64,000 nt of DNA. It comes from Verrucomicrobiota bacterium. Its GTDB lineage: Bacteria > Verrucomicrobiota > Kiritimatiellia > JAAZAB01. The stretch covers positions 1,560 to 65,559 of the forward strand of contig JAHIJO010000014.1 in assembly GCA_018898455.1 (NCBI GenBank), read 5' to 3'. Shown here one piece after another: positions 17,397 to 26,316 of the stretch (the stretch's first letter is position 1; each line of letters begins with the position of its first letter). The notes under the pieces were generated by a model. That model was not told the origin of the DNA. It saw only the letters and a program-made list of their open reading frames with translations, and did no database searches. The position numbers and the translations under genes are program-made.

Positions 17397-17963
17397 ATGA
17401 ACGAATCATATATCGAGAGACTGCGTGTTCTCCACGAAGTGCTTTTGGGACTGCAGGTAACTAACGGACGCGGTTCCAGGTTGGATCCGGCAACGGGCTT
17501 TAACAGACTGCTTCAATTGACCCTCGATGCCAGAAAGAAGCATAGCGCCATTTTTTTGGTCGGCAATGGCGCCAGCGCCTCAATGGCCAGCCATATTGCG
17601 GCGGATCTTTGTAAAAATGCCGACCTGAACACGGAAGTGTTTTCTGATTTCTCGCTGCTGACGGCTGTTGCCAATGATGTCGGCTCCGATCATCTCTATG
17701 CGGTGCCTTTAAAACGCCGGGCGAAAGCAAACGACATCCTGGTTGCCATAAGCAGTTCTGGTAAATCGCGGAATATATTGGAGTCGGTTCGCATGGGCCG
17801 CAAGATGGGGGTGAAAGTGATTACGTTTTCGGCAATGAGCATTAATAATCCCTTGCGTAAAACGGGCGATCTGAATTTTTATATAAGGGCCGGTTCATAT
17901 GGGCTGGCCGAATCCGCTCATGCGGTTTTGCTGCATTACTGGGTTGATATGCTTTCTCGTTGA
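17397..17963 (+). CDS. gmhA: D-sedoheptulose 7-phosphate isomerase (SIS domain, GmhA-like)
   Basis: ORF 17262..17963 with an internal start MNESYIERL. The SIS-domain motifs are present (VGNGASASMASHIAADL, ISSSGKS). Confidence 0.75.
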   Translation: MNESYIERLRVLHEVLLGLQVTNGRGSRLDPATGFNRLLQLTLDARKKHSAIFLVGNGASASMASHIAADLCKNADLNTEVFSDFSLLTAVANDVGSDHLYAVPLKRRAKANDILVAISSSGKSRNILESVRMGRKMGVKVITFSAMSINNPLRKTGDLNFYIRAGSYGLAESAHAVLLHYWVDMLSR

Positions 17964-18003
17964 ATAGGTGATTATCCGGACAGCTTATCCAGGATGTTCG
18001 ATA

Positions 18004-19017
18004 ATGAGTGTCAATTTTAAGAAAGTTCTTGTACTGGGAAGCAATTCATTCACCGGCTCGCATTTGATCAGATGTTTGCTGGACAATACCGAAGCGGAAA
18101 TAGTTGGTATAAGCCGGTCGGCGGAATATAATCCTGTTTTTTTACCGTATCGTTATCTCAAGAATATTCCGGCGCGGTTTAGATTTTGCCGGATTGATTT
18201 GAACAATGATTTTGCCGGAGTTGCCCGGCTTTGCGATGAGTTTCGCCCTGAAATTATCGTGAATTATGCCGCCCAAGGCGAAGTGCGCAATAGCTGGAAC
18301 TGGCCGGAGCAGTGGTATCGGACTAATTGCCTCGCGGTTGTCCGCGTTTCGGAAATTTTTAAAACAAAGGACTATTTGAAAAAATATATTGCTGCTTCCA
18401 CTCCGGAGGTTTATGGCGCAACGGGGCTGAATATAAAAGAAAGCCACAGCTATTATCCAAGTACACCGTATGCCGCTTCAAAGCTTGCGGGGGATTTGCA
18501 TCTTTTTGCTTTGCATAAACGCCATGGGTTCCCGGTTGTGTTTTCAAGGACGGCAAATGTTTATGGCATTCATCAACAGCTTTATCGTATCATTCCACGC
18601 ACGATTATTTTTCTAAAAGCCGGCAAAAAGATTACGCTTCACGGGCGCGGCGAGTCCCGGCGGGCTTTTATTCATGCCCGTGACGTCGCCGATTTTACCT
18701 TACGTTTGATCTTGCGGGGCAAGCCGGGTGAAATTTATCATTTGTCGCCGAAGGAAGGATTAATGCGCATTGCCGATGTGGTGCGGCAGATATGCGGCAT
18801 GATGGGACGCGGCTTTGACGAATCGGTGGAGTTGGTTGACGAAAATTACGGTCAGGATGATCAATACAGCCTTGATTCGACGAAGGCCGGCCGCGAACTT
18901 GGCTGGCGCCAGGCCGTGCCGTTTGAGGAAGGTTTAAAGGAAACAATAACCTGGATATCCGACAATTGGGATTTTATCCGCGCCCAGCCGTTGGAATACA
19001 AGCATATTGCGAGTTAA
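18004..19017 (+). CDS. NDP-sugar 4,6-dehydratase family (NAD-dependent epimerase/dehydratase, extended SDR)
   Basis: ORF 17968..19017 with GSNSFTGSHL (the Rossmann GxxGxxG motif), a YxxxK catalytic motif and the ~340 aa length of RmlB/GDP-heptose dehydratase-like enzymes. Confidence 0.75.
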   Translation: MSVNFKKVLVLGSNSFTGSHLIRCLLDNTEAEIVGISRSAEYNPVFLPYRYLKNIPARFRFCRIDLNNDFAGVARLCDEFRPEIIVNYAAQGEVRNSWNWPEQWYRTNCLAVVRVSEIFKTKDYLKKYIAASTPEVYGATGLNIKESHSYYPSTPYAASKLAGDLHLFALHKRHGFPVVFSRTANVYGIHQQLYRIIPRTIIFLKAGKKITLHGRGESRRAFIHARDVADFTLRLILRGKPGEIYHLSPKEGLMRIADVVRQICGMMGRGFDESVELVDENYGQDDQYSLDSTKAGRELGWRQAVPFEEGLKETITWISDNWDFIRAQPLEYKHIAS

Positions 19018-19023
19018 CCAAAC

Positions 19024-20172
19024 ATGAAAAAAGAGCGCAACTATTTACCCGAGCAATATAGCCGGACCGCCGGCTTGCCCATCAACCATAATTATCTTCG
19101 GCAGCAGTTTGCGGATTACGCGAAAATACTGAAAAAAATCGGGCGCCTCGCGCAGGAGGGCGATTACACGCTCGGGAAACAGGTCGATGAATTCGAAGCC
19201 AATATCAGGAAATTGACCGGCAGCCGGCATGCTATAGGCGTAGGGAGCGGGACGGATGCCATCTTTTTGAGCCTGAAAGCCTCCGGCATCGGGAACGGTG
19301 ACGAAGTTATTACCACGCCCTATACCTTCGTGGCAACCATCGGCGCCATTGTGGCGACCGGCGCCAAGCCGGTGTTCGCGGATATAGGCGAAGATTACAA
19401 CCTTGACCCCGCCTTACTCGTTCCTAGGATTTCGGCCCGGACCAAGGCCATCCTGCCGGTGCACTGGTCAGGGCTTCCTTGCCGGATGGATGCGATTCTG
19501 AATATTGCCCGGCAGCATCATTTGTCGGTCATTGAAGACTCCTGCCATGGCATCCGGGCTTATTTCAAAGGAAAAGCGGCAGGAACATTTGGATTGTGCG
19601 GCTGTTTTAGCATGCATCCCTTGAAAAACCTCAATGTCTGGGGGGATGGGGGATATATCGTCACGGATTCGGACGAAATTTATAAACGGTTAATGCTTCT
19701 TCGCAATCACGGCTTGGCGGACCGCAATGAATGCCGGATATTCGGCTATAACTCGCGCTTGGATTCGATCCAGGCGATTGTGGCCAACCATCTTCTGCAA
19801 AAAATCGACGCCATAACCAAAGCGCGTATCGATAATGCGCGTTTATATGATGAAGTTTTGCGCGAGATTAAGCAGATTATTATTCCCCCGCGCCGGCCGG
19901 ATGCCGTTCAGGTGTATCACCTGTATATTGTCAGGGCGGAGAGGCGCGATGAATTGCAGAAATATTTGCTGAAAAACGGCATTGACGCCAAGGTTCATTA
20001 TCCGGTTCCGATGCATTTACAGCCGGCGGCAAAGATTTATGGATATAAGGCTGGAGATTTTCCGGTCTGCGAGCGGACCTGCAAATCCGTCATTTCATTG
20101 CCGGTCCATGAATTTATTACGGAAAAACAGATCAAAACTGTTGCCAAAAAGATAAAAGAATTTTATGCGTAA
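19024..20172 (+). CDS. DegT/DnrJ/EryC1/StrS-family PLP aminotransferase (sugar aminotransferase)
   Basis: 382 aa ORF with a typical DegT core and Lys-containing PLP region (FSMHPLKNLNVWGDGG). Confidence 0.85.
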   Translation: MKKERNYLPEQYSRTAGLPINHNYLRQQFADYAKILKKIGRLAQEGDYTLGKQVDEFEANIRKLTGSRHAIGVGSGTDAIFLSLKASGIGNGDEVITTPYTFVATIGAIVATGAKPVFADIGEDYNLDPALLVPRISARTKAILPVHWSGLPCRMDAILNIARQHHLSVIEDSCHGIRAYFKGKAAGTFGLCGCFSMHPLKNLNVWGDGGYIVTDSDEIYKRLMLLRNHGLADRNECRIFGYNSRLDSIQAIVANHLLQKIDAITKARIDNARLYDEVLREIKQIIIPPRRPDAVQVYHLYIVRAERRDELQKYLLKNGIDAKVHYPVPMHLQPAAKIYGYKAGDFPVCERTCKSVISLPVHEFITEKQIKTVAKKIKEFYA

Positions 20173-21364
20173 AATACAATTCGTCAATTTAGGACTTCAA
20201 TACCGCTCACTGCGCAGTGAAATTCTGGCTGCGTTTGATCGTGTTTCCCGGCAGGGGGCTTATGTGCTGGGAAAAGAGGTGGGACTATTTGAGGAAGAAT
20301 TCGCCGATTATTGTGGAACAAGGCATGCGGTGAGTGTGGCGAACGGTTCGGATGCTTTGTATCTCGCCTTAATCGCGCTTGGAATCGGGGCTGGCGATGA
20401 GGTGATAACTGTTCCGAACTCATTCCTGGCGACGGCTTGGGCGATCGCGCGGACGGGCGCGCGCATTGTATTCGTTGATGTCGGCAATGATATGAATATT
20501 AACCCGGCCTTGATTGAAAGAGCCTGTACGCGGCGGACAAAGGCGATTATGCCGGTGCATTTGACGGGGCGGGTTGCCGATATGGATGCAATTTTAAAGA
20601 TAGCCAAACGTCGGCGGCTTCATGTTGTTGAGGATGCGGCGCAGGCCGTGGGCGCGCGTTATCACGGTCAATACGCGGGATCATTCGGCGTGTGCGCGGG
20701 CTTTAGTCTGCATCCCTTGAAGAACTTGCATGTCCATGGTGATGGCGGTGTAATAACAACCAGTAACGAAAAAATATATTCAACCCTGATCCAACTTCGG
20801 AATCATGGGCTGGTGAGCCGCGATATCTGTAATCTGATCGGAATTAATTCGCGGTTGGATTCCGTCCAGGCCGCCATAGCCAGAATTAAATTGAGACGTC
20901 TGGAAAAATGGAATAGGCGCATGCGATTTCTTGCCGGGATTTACTCCAGCGGTCTGAGCCGTTTTGTCGTCGTGCCCGAAGAAAAACGCTATGAAGAATC
21001 CTGTTATCATCGGTATATGATCAGGCTTGAGAAGCGGGATGATCTCGGTAAATTTCTGGAAAACAACGGCATAGAAACAAAAGTCAATTATCCCGTGCCG
21101 ATTCATCTCCAGCCGGCCGCAAAAAGTTTGGGATACCGGCGCGGCGATTTTCCGGTCGCCGAAAAGCTGGCCGATACCATATTGAGTTTGCCGCTTTATC
21201 CGGAGATGAAGGATCCTGATGTGACATTCGTTATTGAGATGATAAGGCGGTATTTTGAAAGAAGGGGAAGTTGTGAGAAGGGGCCGGCAGGGCGCGCTCG
21301 CCGCCGCGGTTTCAGGTTCCGCCGGAGCGCGACGTCCAAGCGAGGGTGCTATGCCAAGGCATAG
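20165..21364 (+). CDS. DegT/DnrJ/EryC1/StrS-family PLP aminotransferase, second paralog
   Basis: 399 aa ORF paralogous to the preceding gene (FSLHPLKNLHVHGDGG). Its Arg-rich C-terminal tail probably reads through a GC-rich repeat, so the true stop may be earlier. Confidence 0.8.
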   Translation: MRKIQFVNLGLQYRSLRSEILAAFDRVSRQGAYVLGKEVGLFEEEFADYCGTRHAVSVANGSDALYLALIALGIGAGDEVITVPNSFLATAWAIARTGARIVFVDVGNDMNINPALIERACTRRTKAIMPVHLTGRVADMDAILKIAKRRRLHVVEDAAQAVGARYHGQYAGSFGVCAGFSLHPLKNLHVHGDGGVITTSNEKIYSTLIQLRNHGLVSRDICNLIGINSRLDSVQAAIARIKLRRLEKWNRRMRFLAGIYSSGLSRFVVVPEEKRYEESCYHRYMIRLEKRDDLGKFLENNGIETKVNYPVPIHLQPAAKSLGYRRGDFPVAEKLADTILSLPLYPEMKDPDVTFVIEMIRRYFERRGSCEKGPAGRARRRGFRFRRSATSKRGCYAKA

Positions 21365-21389
21365 CCGGCGAAGCCGCCCGCCGCGACGT

Positions 21390-21456
21390 CTTTGCGCTAA
21401 TGCGTGGTTATCATTGGCGTAAAGTTAATATTGCGTGATTTTCGCGCAATATATTA
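21390..21456. repeat. ~70-bp intergenic repeat copy B (palindromic AATATTGCGTGATTTTCGCGCAATAT end)
   Basis: About 80% identity to 15151-15228. Read directly. Confidence 0.75.
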
Positions 21457-21479
21457 TTGATTAAAAAGCAAAACTATTA

Positions 21480-23036
21480 TTGACTGTCCGTGCCATGGGA
21501 ACCGCAAATAAAATAATTCATTTCAACGAGGCGCACGCTTTCTTTGCGAAATTGCGCAAGGCGGGCAAGAAGATCGTACAATGTCACGGCACGTTTGATT
21601 TGCTGCATCCCGGCCATGTTATTCATTTTGAGGAAGCGAAGAGGCTGGGCGATGTTTTGGTGGTGACCGTCACTGGCGCCAGGCATGTCAATAAGGGGCC
21701 CGGTCGGCCGTGTTTTAACGATGAATTGCGGCTTAAATCAATCGCCGCTTTGGAATGCGTCGATTTTGTGGTTTTGATTCCATATCCGGCGGCCGTAGAA
21801 GCCATTGAGTGTGTCGGGCCTCATTTTTATTGCAAAGGCAAGGAATATGAACGTGCCGATACGGATGTTACCGGCAATTTTTACGATGACATTCAAACGG
21901 TTGAAAGCCTGGGAGGTAAAGTCTGCTATGTCGGTTCGGTCGTGTTCAGCTCAAGCAAACTGCTGAATTTGCATTTTGATACGCATAATCCAAAGATAAA
22001 AAGCTTCTGCCGGCAGGTTGCGAAAGAAATTCCTTTTCAACAATGTCGTACCATTGTGGAAGATTTTAAAAAACTTAGGGTTCTCATTATCGGTGATATC
22101 ATCTTTGACCGCTACTCAACAATGTCCGTTCAGGGCTTGACTTCAAAAAACAGGATCATTTCCGGACGGTTTGTTGGCGAAGATCTTCAGGCCGGAGGGG
22201 CTTTGGCAGTTTTGCGTCATATCCGCGAGTTCGCGCCAAAAGTCAAATTAATTAGCTTGGTAGGAACAGAACCATGGGTCGAAAGTTCTTTGCGGAATTT
22301 TATTAAGCCGGAAGAAGATAACATCCTGCGCGTAAATGATTTTACGACCATCGTCAAACAGCGTTTTGTTGAATCTCAGCAAGAAGGAAAAGAATTATCC
22401 AAATTATTTGCGGTTAATTACATTGACGCCTTACATCCCAAGGCACCGCTGCTCAAGAGGGTTCTTGAAAGGATTCGTAAGACAATTAAAACGTATGACT
22501 TGATTGTCGTGATGGATTTCGGGCATGGGTTGATGGGCGATGCGATCAGGGAAATGGTCCAGGCCAAAGCGCCTTTCCTGGCACTCAATTGCCAGACGAA
22601 CAGTAATAATCACGGATTCAATATCATCAATCGCCAATACCAGAGAGCCGACTCATTTTCACTTGATCAGACGGAAATCCGGCTGGCTTTTGGCAAGCGT
22701 GAAATCAACGGACTGCCAGAACTGGCCGATCTTCGTAAACAATTAAAAGCACAATACGGATGGTTGACCCGCGGCGATATTGAGACCATCGGAATTAAAC
22801 ATGACGGCACAACATGCGCCTGTCCTCCGCTCGAGGTCAATATCGTAGATACGGTCGGAGCCGGCGATGCGTTCAGCGCCGTCGCCTCCCTAGCCGCCGT
22901 GAGCGGGCTCCCGATCGAATTGGCGACTTTCATGGGGCAACTGGCGGGTGCCCATGCAGTCCGCATCGTCGGAAATTCTGAGGCAATAAAGAAGTCTGTA
23001 TTTCTAAAGGGCTGTGAAGCATTGTTGAATTACTGA
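21480..23036 (+). CDS. hldE: bifunctional heptose-1-P adenylyltransferase / heptose-7-P kinase (HldE-like) with reversed domain order
   Basis: The N-terminal ~160 aa form a cytidylyltransferase-like domain with CHGTFDLLHPGH (the HxGH-type nucleotidyltransferase motif of HldE domain II). The C-terminal ~330 aa form a PfkB ribokinase-like domain with DTVGAGDAF (HldE domain I). Confidence 0.75.
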   Translation: MTVRAMGTANKIIHFNEAHAFFAKLRKAGKKIVQCHGTFDLLHPGHVIHFEEAKRLGDVLVVTVTGARHVNKGPGRPCFNDELRLKSIAALECVDFVVLIPYPAAVEAIECVGPHFYCKGKEYERADTDVTGNFYDDIQTVESLGGKVCYVGSVVFSSSKLLNLHFDTHNPKIKSFCRQVAKEIPFQQCRTIVEDFKKLRVLIIGDIIFDRYSTMSVQGLTSKNRIISGRFVGEDLQAGGALAVLRHIREFAPKVKLISLVGTEPWVESSLRNFIKPEEDNILRVNDFTTIVKQRFVESQQEGKELSKLFAVNYIDALHPKAPLLKRVLERIRKTIKTYDLIVVMDFGHGLMGDAIREMVQAKAPFLALNCQTNSNNHGFNIINRQYQRADSFSLDQTEIRLAFGKREINGLPELADLRKQLKAQYGWLTRGDIETIGIKHDGTTCACPPLEVNIVDTVGAGDAFSAVASLAAVSGLPIELATFMGQLAGAHAVRIVGNSEAIKKSVFLKGCEALLNY

Positions 23037-23514
23037 CCAGGCAGGAGACGGAATTCAGCAGTCAGAATATCTTTGCATTATTCCGACTACTGACTACGGA
23101 TTGCTGGCTTCTGGGCATCTTGTTTTTTAGGGCCTTCCACAGATTTTTCCGCCTCGGGAGGAATCTTCGGGAAAATATTGGGAATAATTTCCGCCGAAGG
23201 CGGATCTGCCTATGGCAGACACCACGGAGGCATCCGCCTTTGTGCGATGCAACGGCAGGACAGGCGGAGGTATGGACCTGCCTGCCCACAACACTTCGTG
23301 CAGCAACCCGTCTGCAAGGCTGTGCATAGCACTGCGGGCAGGCGTGGGCAGGGTGACCCCTACCTTTTGAGCTTTCTTAGGGAATGGTAGGGCGCGGCGT
23401 CTCGCCAAGCCGTCTGAAAACACCTTTTACCCAAGAATGATACAGGACGTGAGGCGAGTAGTACTACCTGAATATTTGTTTGATGTTCCGTAAGTTTATG
23501 TTACTATCGCTGTT

Positions 23515-23841
23515 ATGAAACATCTCGATGAAATAATACTGCATAATATGACCGATAGGTTGGTCGCTGAGTTTGACCCGGACCAGATTATTCTATTCGG
23601 TTCACACGCATGGGGTACTCCTTCTGAAGACAGCGATGTTGACTTATATGTGATCGTACCGGAGAGCAGCGAACGTCCGCTGCGGCGGGCACGACGTGCA
23701 ATTGCCTGCCTTGGGGGCATGCGGATTTCCAAGGATATTCTGGTGCGAACACGGACAGAGGCGGAAAAGTACCGGCATGTGTATGCCTCGTTGGAAAGTC
23801 AAGTTTTCGAGAAGGGGCGTGTTCTGTATGAGCGGCACTAA
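23515..23841 (+). CDS. nucleotidyltransferase (MNT) domain protein, antitoxin-type
   Basis: 108 aa ORF with the GSxxxGxxxxxSDxD motif of minimal nucleotidyltransferases (GSHAWGTPSEDSDVDL). Confidence 0.75.
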   Translation: MKHLDEIILHNMTDRLVAEFDPDQIILFGSHAWGTPSEDSDVDLYVIVPESSERPLRRARRAIACLGGMRISKDILVRTRTEAEKYRHVYASLESQVFEKGRVLYERH

Positions 23842-24235
23842 AGAAAAGCTTGCCAGAAACTGGCTTATTAAGGCCAATCGCGATCTCCTCTCGGCACGTG
23901 AATTGGCGGAGGCGGATATTCCGTTGCTGGATACTGCCGCATACCATTGTCAGCAGGCCGCTGAAAAAGCCATCAAGGCCTTTCTGCTCTTTCATGATGT
24001 TCGTTTTGAAAAAACTCATGATATCGAAGTGTTGATATTGCAGGCTATAGATATTAATCCTGATTTTAGGAGTTGCCATGAAGCAGCAAGCATTCTTACT
24101 CCGTTTGCTGTCGAGTTTCGTTACCCTGGCAACGATATGGAACCGGAAGCGGATGAGTACGGGGATGCTTTTGAAGTAGCTGCTGGTGTCTATCAGTTTG
24201 TTCTTCAGAAGCTTCCAGCGGTAGTCCATCCATAG
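23828..24235 (+). CDS. HEPN domain protein (toxin-type partner of MNT)
   Basis: ORF 23696..24235 with an internal start MSGTKEK overlapping the MNT stop by 14 nt. It is helical with an Rx4-6H-like HEPN signature region. Confidence 0.65.
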   Translation: MSGTKEKLARNWLIKANRDLLSARELAEADIPLLDTAAYHCQQAAEKAIKAFLLFHDVRFEKTHDIEVLILQAIDINPDFRSCHEAASILTPFAVEFRYPGNDMEPEADEYGDAFEVAAGVYQFVLQKLPAVVHP

Positions 24236-24374
24236 AAGATTACGGATTATCGTACTCCGGGGATCAGGGTAAAAATAATAGTAAGTGCTCACAAGCAAAA
24301 CTGTGAAATAATCGTCCGTTGGGGTCACCGGGTCTACAAAACGGCCATAGATTTGGCGGAGGAGCCATTTTGAA

Positions 24375-25325
24375 ATGCGCATTTTATTAACAGGCGGCTG
24401 CGGATATGTGGGTTCGGTGTTAACCCCGAAACTGCTTGAGCGGGGACACGAGGTAACCGTCTACGACATCATGTGGTTTGGAAATTTCCTGAAAGAGCAT
24501 CCGAATCTAACAATCATCCAGGGGGATATCAGAGACATTGACGCCGTTCCGATGGATGGCATGGATACCGTCATTCATCTCGCCAATATTGCCAACGATC
24601 CGTGCAGTGAGTTAAACCCGAAATTATCATGGGAAGTCAATGTCCTGGCCATGATGCAGCTGGTGGAGCGGGCGATAGCCTGCGGAGTCGGCCAGTTTGT
24701 TTACGCCAGTTCCGGCAGTGTTTACGGCGTTAAGGATGAACCCGAAGTGACGGAGAATCTTTCCCTGTTGCCCATTTCCGATTACAACAAAACAAAAATG
24801 ATCAGCGAGCGGGTTCTCCTGAGTTACCAGGATAAAATCATCGTTCAAATCGTTCGTCCGGCAACTATTTGCGGTTATTCCCCGAGAATGCGTCTTGACC
24901 TTTCCGTAAACATGTTGACCATGCAGGCTTTAACAAAGGGGAAGATCACCGTATTTGGCGGAAATCAAACCCGTCCTAATATTCACATTCAGGATATTAC
25001 GAATGTATTTATCCACTTTCTCGGATTGGGCGACAAAGTAACAGGCATTTACAACGCCGGCTTTGAAAACATATCCATTTTAGACATCGCCCGAATGGCC
25101 GCCGAATTTATTCCCGCCAAGATCATTGTTACGGAATCAAACGATCCGCGCTCCTACCGCCTCAATGCGGATAAATTACTGAACACCGGTTTCAGGCCAA
25201 CATTCAAAGTTGTTGATGCCATTAAGGAAATAATTGCCGCCTTCCGGACGGGCAAACTCAAAGATGAAGACGGATGCTATAATATCAGGACCATGAGGCG
25301 AATGGAAAGCAATGGGAAAATGTAA
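24375..25325 (+). CDS. NAD-dependent NDP-sugar epimerase/dehydratase (extended SDR)
   Basis: 316 aa ORF with LLTGGCGYVGS Rossmann motif and a YxxxK motif. Confidence 0.8.
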   Translation: MRILLTGGCGYVGSVLTPKLLERGHEVTVYDIMWFGNFLKEHPNLTIIQGDIRDIDAVPMDGMDTVIHLANIANDPCSELNPKLSWEVNVLAMMQLVERAIACGVGQFVYASSGSVYGVKDEPEVTENLSLLPISDYNKTKMISERVLLSYQDKIIVQIVRPATICGYSPRMRLDLSVNMLTMQALTKGKITVFGGNQTRPNIHIQDITNVFIHFLGLGDKVTGIYNAGFENISILDIARMAAEFIPAKIIVTESNDPRSYRLNADKLLNTGFRPTFKVVDAIKEIIAAFRTGKLKDEDGCYNIRTMRRMESNGKM

Positions 25326-25332
25326 TAACGTT

Positions 25333-26301
25333 ATGAATCCTGATTTGAAAAAAAAACTATTATTTAACATGCTCCGTATCCGGCTTGTGGAGGAGGCGAT
25401 TGCCGAACGCTATAGTGAGAAAAAGATGCGATGCCCTGTTCACCTTTGTATAGGACAGGAAGCCATCGCCATCGGCGTTTGCGCGCATCTATCAACAAAG
25501 GATTATGTAATGAGTGCCCATCGTTCTCATGGTCATTATCTGGCAAAAGGCGGTGATCTGAAGGCCATGCTGGCTGAAATTTATGGAAAAGTTACAGGAT
25601 GTTCCTTGGGCAGAGGCGGTTCGATGCACCTCGTTGATTTAGATGCTGGATTCCTGGGAGCTACGCCAATTGTCGGTGGTACCATCCCGATAGCTGTGGG
25701 TGCGGCATTTGGGTCCCAGATGAAAGGGGAAAGCAGAATATCCGTAGTTTTCATGGGGGAAGCCGCGACCGAAGAAGGGGTATTCAGCGAAAGTATCAAT
25801 TTTGCCTCATTGAAAAAACTTCCAGTCATTTTCGTTTGTGAAAATAATTTGTATTCTGTCTATTCCCCGTTATCCGTTCGACAATCGGCAGAAAGGAATA
25901 ATAGCGCCATTGTCAAAGGGTATGGAATTTATACCGATAAGGGTGACGGCAATGACGTTATTGAAATTTATCAAAAGATGGAAAATGCTGTTGGACATGC
26001 GCGTCAGGGCCTTGGACCGGCTTATCTGGAGTTTGATACATATCGCTGGCGGGAACACTGCGGGCCAAACTATGACAATAACATCGGCTATCGGTCGGAA
26101 GAGGAGTATTTGGATTGGCGGAAACGATGTCCCATTACATGCTTTGAAGAAATATTGAAACAGGAAAAGGTTCTTTCCGACCTGGAAGTTAAAGAAACGG
26201 TAAAGAAAATTACCGCTGAAATTGAGGGAGCTTTTAACTTCGCCGTATCCAGCCCTTTCCCTCCTGAAAAAGACCTTTACCATCATCTTTACGCCTATTG
26301 A
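25333..26301 (+). CDS. TPP-dependent dehydrogenase E1 component alpha subunit (pyruvate/acetoin dehydrogenase E1alpha-like)
   Basis: ORF 25312..26301 with the TPP-binding GDG...N fold signature and E1alpha length. Confidence 0.8.
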   Translation: MNPDLKKKLLFNMLRIRLVEEAIAERYSEKKMRCPVHLCIGQEAIAIGVCAHLSTKDYVMSAHRSHGHYLAKGGDLKAMLAEIYGKVTGCSLGRGGSMHLVDLDAGFLGATPIVGGTIPIAVGAAFGSQMKGESRISVVFMGEAATEEGVFSESINFASLKKLPVIFVCENNLYSVYSPLSVRQSAERNNSAIVKGYGIYTDKGDGNDVIEIYQKMENAVGHARQGLGPAYLEFDTYRWREHCGPNYDNNIGYRSEEEYLDWRKRCPITCFEEILKQEKVLSDLEVKETVKKITAEIEGAFNFAVSSPFPPEKDLYHHLYAY

Positions 26302-26316
26302 GTCAGATGGGTTTTT

